This document shows, in pieces, positions 9,391 to 16,964 of a DNA stretch of 64,000 bases. The translations under genes and the position numbers were made by a program. The notes under the pieces were generated by a model. That model did no database searches, was not told the DNA's origin, and saw only the letters and a list, made by a program, of their open reading frames with translations. Every line of letters starts with the position of its first letter. The first letter of the stretch is position 1. Origin of the DNA: Ruminococcus sp. (GTDB lineage: Bacteria; Bacillota; Clostridia; Oscillospirales; Acutalibacteraceae); contig JAFQDM010000024.1 in assembly GCA_017416065.1 (NCBI GenBank), forward strand, positions 17,849 to 81,848, given 5' to 3'.

Positions 9391-10929
9391 TTAAACCAGC
9401 TTCTGGAGTCTTCTGAGATATTCCTTGCACTCCAGCATATTTGCCTCGCCAAAGAGGAAATCAAGGTAGTCAACAAGACCGTCGATCTCATCTCTGATGA
9501 AGCTCAGGTTCAAGCTCTCAAACTTTCTGAGAACCTTTCTTGCCAGAACGTAGTCAAGGCCGTCAAGCTCTGTGCCGCCGCAGCCAACAAAAGCAGGAAC
9601 ATACTCGCGCAGCTGCTTAACGATACGGTTACCGAATGCAAGTCTGAAGTGCTCAATAACGTAGTCGTCAAGAAGCTCGATCTTGTGCAGGTTTTCTTCT
9701 GATACCTTGTTGTGCTCCTTGCAGTAGTCCAGCATAGCCTCAAGGTGTTTGTAAGAAAGGTTGAGGGGCTCTGTTTCAGGAGCTTCGAAGGGAACGCCCT
9801 TTGTATTGATATCGATAGGCATAGCACGGTCGTATACCTTATCTGTGATAGCAAAGGTAGAGTCGTCGTTGTTGGCGGTACCGATGTACCACATATTCTG
9901 GGGAAGGTGGAGCTTACCATTGTCCAGATGCTTGGGGTCGTTCTCCCAAACGTTGGGAACAAGGTCAACTATCCACTCGTCTCTTGAGGGCATCTCAAGG
10001 ATAGAGAGCATTTCTGCAAAGTAATACTCAACACGGGCGATGTTCATCTCGTCCAGGATGGTCAGGTAAATGTTCTCGTTATAGGTTGCTTCGTACATAG
10101 CACGGAGAAGCTCCGTTTCATTGTAGCGTTTTGTGAATTCGTTGAAGTAGCCGAACAACTCAGAACGGTCACGCCAGGAGGGCTGAATGGATGTGATTAT
10201 TGCGTCGTTCTGCAGGAACTTACCGAAAGCATAGGGGAGAGAGGTCTTACCTGTACCGGAAATACCCTGCAGGATGATAAGTCTTGTAGAAGCAAAGGAG
10301 GCAAGGAACAGACGAATGATCTTGATATCGTAGTAAAGACCCAGCTTTGAGCAGGCAAAGTTGCGGAATCTTTCGCAGATCTCGGGGAGGGTGATCTGAT
10401 TATCGTAAACAGGGGGAACATAATTTGCCCACAGCTCATCAACCTGAGAAAGCTTGAAGAATCTGCTTTCTCCCTCCTCAAGGGGAGTATCCTGCTTGTT
10501 GAGGGTCTCCAGCTCTTCGCCTGTAAGCTCAGAGATCTCGTTGGGATTAAGTCCGATCTGAGAAACCTTCATAGAGAGGATCTTGTCTCTCTCAAGGTTA
10601 AGGCGCATAACCTCACGGTTGAGGGCATTAACCTCTTCAATAAGGTCGTTTGTATCTCTGACCTTTCTCTTAAAGCGGAAGAATCTTTTGAGTCCTGAAA
10701 CCACAAGGTAAACAAGGAGCACAAGCACTGCAATAACAAGGAGCATACCAATGATTGCGTATACCCAAGCAACGCCGCCTAAAGCGGATGTGTGCTCGTT
10801 AACGATCTCCACGTAACGGGGGAAGTTGAACATCTCCTTGATTCCTACAAATATATTGGAAAAGGCAGTCCACAGTCCCGACAGGAACTGTCCAAAGAAA
10901 TCGTAGAAAAATTTTAAAATGCCGTCCAT
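9391..10929 (-). CDS. Membrane-anchored McrB-like AAA+ NTPase (probably GTPase)
   Basis: Start reassigned to ATG 10929 (RBS AAGGAG). N-terminal amphipathic segment, TM helix (VAWVYAIIGMLLVIAVLVLLVYLVV) and short coiled coil. Walker A GISGTGKT, Walker B ILDEMNIARVEYYF and GTANNDDST..DKVYDRA, typical of DUF2357-associated McrB. Confidence 0.8.
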   Translation of the reverse strand: MDGILKFFYDFFGQFLSGLWTAFSNIFVGIKEMFNFPRYVEIVNEHTSALGGVAWVYAIIGMLLVIAVLVLLVYLVVSGLKRFFRFKRKVRDTNDLIEEVNALNREVMRLNLERDKILSMKVSQIGLNPNEISELTGEELETLNKQDTPLEEGESRFFKLSQVDELWANYVPPVYDNQITLPEICERFRNFACSKLGLYYDIKIIRLFLASFASTRLIILQGISGTGKTSLPYAFGKFLQNDAIITSIQPSWRDRSELFGYFNEFTKRYNETELLRAMYEATYNENIYLTILDEMNIARVEYYFAEMLSILEMPSRDEWIVDLVPNVWENDPKHLDNGKLHLPQNMWYIGTANNDDSTFAITDKVYDRAMPIDINTKGVPFEAPETEPLNLSYKHLEAMLDYCKEHNKVSEENLHKIELLDDYVIEHFRLAFGNRIVKQLREYVPAFVGCGGTELDGLDYVLARKVLRKFESLNLSFIRDEIDGLVDYLDFLFGEANMLECKEYLRRLQKLV

Positions 10930-11020
10930 AATATTCAGTCTCCTTTTCAAAAGAACTTAAAAGATAGCCTGCAGAGCCTTTGCTCTTTGCGGCAACCTGA
11001 AGAATACACAAAAGTTTTAG

Positions 11021-11168
11021 CCCTTCCATTGAGGGGAAGGGAGATTTGCCGTAAGGCAAAGAGGGATGAGGTGTTGCTGACACGTTGGCTGATTTTGTGG
11101 TTTACGAGTGTAACGCTTTGCACACCCTCAGTAACCTTCGGCGACAGCTCCCAATAAGGGGCAAGCCT
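11021..11168. repeat. REP-like element(s)
   Basis: CCCTTCC..GGAAGGG and TTTGCC-GTAA-GGCAAA hairpins, plus CCCTCAGTAACCTTCGGCGACAGCTCCC, resembling intergenic palindromic repeats of clostridial genomes. Confidence 0.55.
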
Positions 11169-11219
11169 CATAATAATTTACTTTTGTATATTATTCAGAT
11201 TGTCAGATTCTACGGACAT

Positions 11220-11262
11220 CAATAGTTCATTAACACTCTGCTGACGTATTAATGAACTATTG
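11220..11262. terminator. 14-bp perfect inverted repeat downstream of sipW (terminator or mRNA stabiliser)
   Basis: CAATAGTTCATTAA-N15-TTAATGAACTATTG; no clear U tract. Confidence 0.45.
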
Positions 11263-11309
11263 GGAGTCTGTAAAAGTCATAATAAAAAGCTTCCTCGCTT
11301 TTATATTAT

Positions 11310-12092
11310 TTACTCGTCGTCAGCAGTATCTACCGTCGACGACGCAGTATCATCTTCGGCAGCCTTTTGCTGCTTAAGGTATTCTTCAGCTATGAGCTTC
11401 TTCTGCTCTTCAGAAAGCTCGCCTGATGCCGCAACTGCAACCTTCTGAGCCTTGTAGGCAATAAAGTTGCGGATAACGCGGATGGTCTGGATGATTACGA
11501 AGATAGCAATGGGAAGAATGATGCAAAGGAAGAATCCAAGGCCACTCTGCACAAAGTTGGAGAAAGCGCCGAATCCTGCAAGACGAACACCTGTGTAAAC
11601 AGCTTTTATCTCGCTTGCATCCTTATAGTTAAGGTCGGGGAGGGAATGCTCGTTGATTCCCTGTGTGCGGTACAGTGTTGTACCGTCTTCCGACGTGGTT
11701 ATCTCTACAATGTTATGGGTAACGTAGACGGTTTCCAGTGATTCATGGGGTGCACATTCCGTGAAGGTGCCGTCGTCATTACGCTTGACGGGCATCTGGA
11801 ACAGAACCGTGTCGCCAACCTCATAGGTCTCGTTTGCGTTATTTGTAACCTTGCAGATAACAATGTCGCCCTTACAAAAAGCACCATCGATCAACTTGCC
11901 GTTTTCATCGTATGCTTCCATTGATTCAGACTGAATGTTTCTGAATGTATAGCCGAAAATCTGGGAGACGCTGCCCGGTTTTTCAACTTTCTGAGATAAT
12001 GAAACCACAAGAATGAGTGCTGCAAATACAAGGAAAAGTACTATTACAACATCAAGCAGTACGTTCATTATGCTCTTAAATTTTTTGTTCAT
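11310..12092 (-). CDS. sipW: Signal peptidase I, SipW/S26B (ER/archaeal) type
   Basis: N-terminal TM, IQSESME (catalytic Ser), GDIV, VTH (His), YRTQG..LPD, second TM near the C-terminus; RBS GGGAGG. Confidence 0.85.
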   Translation of the reverse strand: MNKKFKSIMNVLLDVVIVLFLVFAALILVVSLSQKVEKPGSVSQIFGYTFRNIQSESMEAYDENGKLIDGAFCKGDIVICKVTNNANETYEVGDTVLFQMPVKRNDDGTFTECAPHESLETVYVTHNIVEITTSEDGTTLYRTQGINEHSLPDLNYKDASEIKAVYTGVRLAGFGAFSNFVQSGLGFFLCIILPIAIFVIIQTIRVIRNFIAYKAQKVAVAASGELSEEQKKLIAEEYLKQQKAAEDDTASSTVDTADDE

Positions 12093-12145
12093 GGCAAACG
12101 CCTCCCAAAATCGTTAAACTAAATTATACTTTTATGTACGTTGAA

Positions 12146-12910
12146 TTATTTGAACTCAAGTACGAGGTCGATGTCGTTTACAGCATCTGTATCCTTACAA
12201 TCGATGTCCTCACCCTCGAACCATACGTATACGTCGAATGCGTAAACATCATTTGCGTTGATAGTGCCGATCTCGATCTCACCGAACTGCTGTGCTGTGT
12301 ACTGTGCATGCTGGTAGCCGTCGGGATACTGAGCTGTGATGTTGTTTGCAAAGTACTTTGTTGTGTAAGTATCGATTGTTGTGATGTCCTGATCGTTAGC
12401 ACCGCTGGGAGCAACAGCTACACGATAGTAGTTGAGAGTACCGATAGCTTTTGTGTTTTCCTCATCGATCTGAACTGTCTTAACTGCGGGAGCAACGTTT
12501 AACTTGAGGTTATGTGTGTTGCCGTCAGCAGCATCATACTTAACGTAGATAGTCTTCTTGATGTAGTTTTCGCCGGACTTATCCTCTGTGTATCCGCCGT
12601 ATGCCTTCTGAGAGTTGTACTTCTCAGCCTTAGCAGTCCACCATGTGGAAAGGTTATCTGTTGTTACAGGGCTCATCTCTTTCTGTACATCATCGCCTGT
12701 TAAAACGAGGTCCTGTGTAAAGCCTGTGTCTTTAGCATCGGAGATTGTCAGGTTGCTGCCCTGTGTTGTTGTGGCATTGATGCCGGTAGCAGTAGCCAGA
12801 GAAGCAGTTGAGAACCATGCGAATGTTGCGCCACTCAGTGCAACGATAGCAACGAGAAGAAGTGCTACGGAAGAGATGAGTGAACTTTTTCTGAATGTTG
12901 AGTGTTTCAT
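12146..12910 (-). CDS. SipW-signal fibre subunit, probable major subunit (TasA/BsaA-like organisation)
   Basis: Textbook SipW-cognate signal LLLVAIVALSGATFAWFST; VYVWFEGEDIDC motif; directly upstream of sipW; RBS GGAGG. Confidence 0.75.
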   Translation of the reverse strand: MKHSTFRKSSLISSVALLLVAIVALSGATFAWFSTASLATATGINATTTQGSNLTISDAKDTGFTQDLVLTGDDVQKEMSPVTTDNLSTWWTAKAEKYNSQKAYGGYTEDKSGENYIKKTIYVKYDAADGNTHNLKLNVAPAVKTVQIDEENTKAIGTLNYYRVAVAPSGANDQDITTIDTYTTKYFANNITAQYPDGYQHAQYTAQQFGEIEIGTINANDVYAFDVYVWFEGEDIDCKDTDAVNDIDLVLEFK

Positions 12911-13005
12911 AAAGAAAATCCTCCAATATAATTTTTTTGCCGAATTGCCCCTCGGCTTTGGGGTAATTTATAATCCAAATGGATCAGGATACCGCAGGGG
13001 AGGTG

Positions 13006-13824
13006 TTACTCGTTACTCGCTTTGAGTTCAGCAGCCTCAAAGTTCATTGCAAGTCTCATGTGTCCGCCCATGATATCATTGATACATTCTGAATCCTCGC
13101 CTTCAAACCAAATGACAACGGAATATTTGTCAACCTGACCGACCTCAAAGCCGGTTCGAAGCTCTGTGTATACCGTATCATTATCAAAGAAGAGTACCGC
13201 ATCCTCTGTCTGGGGTCCTGCGATCTTTTCAGGGGAGTCCTTGGTACCTAATTTGGGTTTTGCGTAAATAGTGGGTACGCCGTTTTTGTAGACCATGATT
13301 CGTGCGGCTTCGTCGCAACTCTTTGACACACCGGTAACCTCCAGGGTTGCGTTGTAGTCAAAGGGCTCCACTCCGTTGTTTTTCATATAGAAGGAGTAGG
13401 CAAAGTAGTTCTTGCCGTTGTGGGTGCCGTCAATGTTATCAAGATTTTTGAGCACACCCTGTGCTTCAAACCAGTCGTATGTATAGTGGTAGACCTCTTC
13501 GGCACGTTCACCGCTGAGGATGATCTGCGGATCTGCAAAATCCTTCGTTTCAGAGAGCAGAAGTCCCTTTGTCTCCAGCTCGTCGTCCATACTGACAACC
13601 AGGTCGCCGTACTGGGTGGTGAAGCAGGACAAAAGCCACAGGATGATGATGATGGCAATTATAATGATCATCAGGATGCGGGCTCGTTTTCGCCGCTTTT
13701 GCTCCTGAGTCATTTTGTCAGCATCACGCCTGAGCCCCTTGTGATTGAACCAACCGGTTGTGTTCAGAGATTCCAAGTCCCTCGGAGTAAAAGGCTCTTG
13801 CTCTTTATTCTTTTTCTTAAACAA
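13006..13824 (-). CDS. Membrane-anchored member of the same pilin-like family (no SipW motif)
   Basis: Basic N-terminal ~50 aa, one TM (ILMIIIIAIIIILWLL), VVIWFEGEDSEC motif; TTG start after GGAGGG. Confidence 0.7.
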   Translation of the reverse strand: MFKKKNKEQEPFTPRDLESLNTTGWFNHKGLRRDADKMTQEQKRRKRARILMIIIIAIIIILWLLSCFTTQYGDLVVSMDDELETKGLLLSETKDFADPQIILSGERAEEVYHYTYDWFEAQGVLKNLDNIDGTHNGKNYFAYSFYMKNNGVEPFDYNATLEVTGVSKSCDEAARIMVYKNGVPTIYAKPKLGTKDSPEKIAGPQTEDAVLFFDNDTVYTELRTGFEVGQVDKYSVVIWFEGEDSECINDIMGGHMRLAMNFEAAELKASNE

Positions 13825-13871
13825 TGTGTTTTCCCTCCGTTCTCCGGAATAACCGGGATAGAGTTTAGTTC

Positions 13872-13920
13872 TTGCAACCCGTCAAAGGGGGATGCAAAGC
13901 CCTTCTTGTGCAAAGGGGGA
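13872..13920. repeat. Degenerate REP-like hairpin pair
   Basis: CCCTTCTTGTGCAAAGGGGG resembles CCCATCCTTGTGTAAGGAGGG at 9214. Confidence 0.35.
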
Positions 13921-13927
13921 AGAAGTA

Positions 13928-14806
13928 TCAGTTAACGGGAATGTTGTTCTCGTCTGTTCCTTCAAAGTTGAACTGTGCCTGCAGATTGGCAAGCTGAACA
14001 TCGTCGTCACACTCGGGGTCTTCGCCCTCGATCCATATTCTGACTGTGATCATCTTGGGATCAAGCTTGTTAAGACTAAAGAGCCTTGTGCTGTTGGAAA
14101 GCCCCATAGGTGTAGGCAGATCAAAGGTAGATTGACCTGCAACAGGATTGCCTTTGTTGGGCTCGTAGATGACCGTTGTGCCTGCTTCGGAATCTGTGAA
14201 GCTGATGCGCACACAGTTGATAACGTCTGCTTTCTCTCCTGTGCTGGAGGTGAAGATCTTTGTGCCGTTGTCAGCACCTGCCTCACTCTCGTTGGAGGTA
14301 AGGTGAACCCACATATCCTCAGTAGCTATAAAGAAAAGCTTGAATTCAAGGAAGCTTTCGTTATTTTCATTTCTCTGAACACCGCCCTGAGTGAAAAAGC
14401 GTACACCGTCAGAGGAGGTGAGAGGTTCAAGGGTTATATCATCCAGAGATGTGCTGTAAGCAGAGAGCTGCCTGTTGATCGCATCACTGTCCACTTCGTT
14501 TGTGTAGAGGGAAATGTCCTGTCCGTGCTCTTCATCAGAGATGAGCAGCTGAACGCCTGTGCCGATGTTGATCTCCATATTGTGAACAGAGGAGAGACTG
14601 GAGATGGTAAACCAGGCAAAGGTGGTGGTTATCATAGAGAGCATCAGCAAAATAAGCAGAAAGACAGAGAGTCGTGTTCTTGTCTGCTTAATGCGACGGC
14701 GCTCGATCTTTAATTGTTCGATCTCTTTTTTCAGCAATTCGTTCTGGCGCTGAAGCTGGGCGGTTTCGTCTGCGATACTTTGTGTCAAAATTTCTCGATT
14801 TTCCAT
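13928..14806 (-). CDS. SipW-signal pilin-like protein with N-terminal cytoplasmic coiled coil (first gene of operon)
   Basis: QLQRQNELLKKEIEQLK, TM, then TTTFAWF; PLTSSDGVRFF, CVRISF and VRIWIEGEDPEC motifs; RBS AAAGGAGG. Confidence 0.75.
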   Translation of the reverse strand: MENREILTQSIADETAQLQRQNELLKKEIEQLKIERRRIKQTRTRLSVFLLILLMLSMITTTFAWFTISSLSSVHNMEINIGTGVQLLISDEEHGQDISLYTNEVDSDAINRQLSAYSTSLDDITLEPLTSSDGVRFFTQGGVQRNENNESFLEFKLFFIATEDMWVHLTSNESEAGADNGTKIFTSSTGEKADVINCVRISFTDSEAGTTVIYEPNKGNPVAGQSTFDLPTPMGLSNSTRLFSLNKLDPKMITVRIWIEGEDPECDDDVQLANLQAQFNFEGTDENNIPVN

Positions 14807-14903
14807 AAACGAAGCCCTCCTTTTGTGGTTTTGATGTGCAAAAATATATTGAAATTAAAAATACATAATAATAAACATAATTATACTATTCTACATACAA
14901 GAT

Positions 14904-14932
14904 ATTATATAATAATTTGTGAAATAAAGCAA
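14904..14932 (-). promoter_or_regulatory. Putative sigma-A promoter of the SipW operon
   Basis: Minus strand TTGCTT-17 nt-TATAAT in an AT-rich gap, about 100 bp upstream of the first gene. Confidence 0.5.
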
Positions 14933-15120
14933 TAAAAAATATCACAAAAGTTACAAAAATTATAAACAAACTTACCAAAGAAAATTCGTGAAATTAATGC
15001 GTAGACTTTTTCTGTTTTGTTAAATATTAACAATAACGATTGAACAAAATTGAACTGTATTTACAAAAAATCTGCTTTTTGTTTTTCCGGTTTAGCCGAG
15101 TATGAACCTTATAAATCTCA

Positions 15121-15156
15121 AAAATAACAAAACGGTAACACAAGTGTGTTACCGTT
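15121..15156 (-). terminator. Intrinsic terminator after the mreB-like gene
   Basis: AACGGTAACAC-AAGT-GTGTTACCGTT stem followed on the minus strand by TTGTTATTTT. Confidence 0.7.
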
Positions 15157-15176
15157 CGCGTGAACTTGTATGATTA

Positions 15177-16205
15177 TTAATAAGCGGCAAGCAGGGGATT
15201 AACGTTTGCAAGGCTGTTGTTCTCTGCATCGGAGATATAGTCGATTGCTATTCCGCAACCCTTTACCACACAATCGCTTGCATCCTGAGCCAGGTGGACC
15301 TGAAGCTTTGTAAAGTGGGAAATGAGCTGGCAAAAGCCCTCAAGCTGTGCAAGTCCGCCGGATATGGTGATGCCGTCTGTGTAAATATCTCCTATAAGCT
15401 CAGGGGGAGTTTTCTCCAGCACCTCCATTATGCCTTTGACAACGGAAAATGCGGTTTCTCCTATTGCTTCGTAAACCTCAGAGGATTTCATGTCCACATA
15501 TCTGGGCAGGCCTCGCATGGAATCTCTGCCCTTAACACGGAAGATCTTCTCTTCAGAGGGGGGCACAACACAGCCTATTGCCATTTTACATTGCTCGGCT
15601 GTGGTATTTCCTATTATGAGGGAATATTTGCGGCGAACGTATTTGATGATCTCCTCGTCCATCTGTTTGCCGACCTCTTTGATGGTCTTGCTTACGGAAA
15701 CTCCGCCCAATGACAGCACTGCAATGTCCGCAGTACCGCCGCCGATGTCCACTATCATACAGCCGTGGGGGCTTGTAATGTCCAGCCCTGCACCCATAGC
15801 TGCCGCCTTGGCGGATTCTATCAGATAAACTCTGCGCACACCAAAGCTGGAGATCGCGTTTACAACGGCACGCTTCTCAACCTCTGTGATCTCTCCCGGA
15901 ATGCAGGCTACAACACGGGGCATAATAACCTTGCTGTTGCTTACGTTTGAGAGGAAGATGCTTATCATTTCCTCCACCAGGTCAAGCTCTGCAATAACTC
16001 CGCCCTCCAATGGGTAAACCGCGTGAATACGGGTGGGGGTTTTGCCCAGCATACGGTATGCTTCCTTGCCTGCGGCAAGGATCTCGTTCTCTATTGCGTC
16101 ATAGGTGATAACGGAGGGTTCATCAAGAACCTTTCCTTTTTCGTTAACATATATTCTGGTGTTGCAAGTGCCCAAATCAAGAGCAATGTCCATATTGTTC
16201 AACAT
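15177..16205 (-). CDS. mreB: Rod shape-determining actin-like protein, MreB/Mbl family
   Basis: IALDLGTCNT, ITEVEKRAV, IVDIGGGTADIAVLSLGG and LEKTPPEL motifs; paralog identity (mreB vs mbl) uncertain. Confidence 0.85.
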   Translation of the reverse strand: MLNNMDIALDLGTCNTRIYVNEKGKVLDEPSVITYDAIENEILAAGKEAYRMLGKTPTRIHAVYPLEGGVIAELDLVEEMISIFLSNVSNSKVIMPRVVACIPGEITEVEKRAVVNAISSFGVRRVYLIESAKAAAMGAGLDITSPHGCMIVDIGGGTADIAVLSLGGVSVSKTIKEVGKQMDEEIIKYVRRKYSLIIGNTTAEQCKMAIGCVVPPSEEKIFRVKGRDSMRGLPRYVDMKSSEVYEAIGETAFSVVKGIMEVLEKTPPELIGDIYTDGITISGGLAQLEGFCQLISHFTKLQVHLAQDASDCVVKGCGIAIDYISDAENNSLANVNPLLAAY

Positions 16206-16271
16206 CCTTTCAGGAAGATAGCTCTAAAAGCAGGAATAATGAGTTAATTATATTATATGATGCTTGTTATT

Positions 16272-16964
16272 TCAAGTCGTTTTTACTACTGTAATTGCAA
16301 AAGTTGCGCATTTTACCGATGCAGGCTTGCATTTGTTCAGGGTGCTTGCGCATTCTCCCAAGGTGTAGCCTGTGGTGATGATATCATCCAGCAGAAGTAT
16401 CCGCTTGTTTTTTAGCAGCTCCTTGTCAATTACCCTGAATGCACCTTTTACGTTCTTTTCTCTGTCGGCGGGCTTCTTTAAGGTGTGCTGAGGGGCTGTG
16501 TGCTTTGTTTTGATCAGAGTGGATTTGTATGGAATACCCAGTATTCTGCTGAGCTTACGGGCCAAAAGCTTACATTGGTTGTAGCCGCGTGTGCGGTGTC
16601 TTTGCTTATGCAGAGGAACATAGGTTATAAGGTCAAATTCCTCTTCCGGGTAATTTTTGAGTATGCTGTCTGCCATCATCCGTGCCATAGGGTAGGCGTA
16701 CTGCTTTCTGTTGTTGAATTTAAATCTTGTGACAGCCGCCTTGTGTTCACCTGTGTAAGGAAAGACGCTTGTGCAGTCAAAACCGCCTTTTGCATAGGTT
16801 TTATACCTGATGAACTTAAGCTTTTTACTGCAATCCTTGCAGTAAAGCTCACCGGGCTTTACTGGTATGTCGCAGAAGGGGCATCTGTCAGGCAGAAAAG
16901 CACAGCCTGCCTTGTATAGTAAAGTTATTTTTCTGTCAGTTATTTTCATATAAAAATATATCAA
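16272..16964 (-). CDS. comF: ComF family phosphoribosyltransferase-domain protein
   Basis: CPFC..CKDC zinc ribbon, RGYNQ, ILLLDDIITTGYTL. Confidence 0.9.
   Translation of the reverse strand: MIYFYMKITDRKITLLYKAGCAFLPDRCPFCDIPVKPGELYCKDCSKKLKFIRYKTYAKGGFDCTSVFPYTGEHKAAVTRFKFNNRKQYAYPMARMMADSILKNYPEEEFDLITYVPLHKQRHRTRGYNQCKLLARKLSRILGIPYKSTLIKTKHTAPQHTLKKPADREKNVKGAFRVIDKELLKNKRILLLDDIITTGYTLGECASTLNKCKPASVKCATFAITVVKTT

Noticed and set aside
6730-10929. Canonical McrBC/type IV restriction or CoCoNuT defence system
   Set aside because: No DNA-reader domain, nuclease motif, helicase or methylase is visible, and the context is a secretion/fibre operon. Kept only as an McrBC-like core.
10799-11171. 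Short minus-strand ORFs upstream of the McrB-like gene
   Set aside because: They run through REP-like palindromes and overlap the real gene start; likely spurious.
1-14806. Type IV or sortase-assembled pilus
   Set aside because: No class III G|FxxxE prepilin motif, PilB/PilC, sortase or LPxTG tails; the signals are SipW-type.
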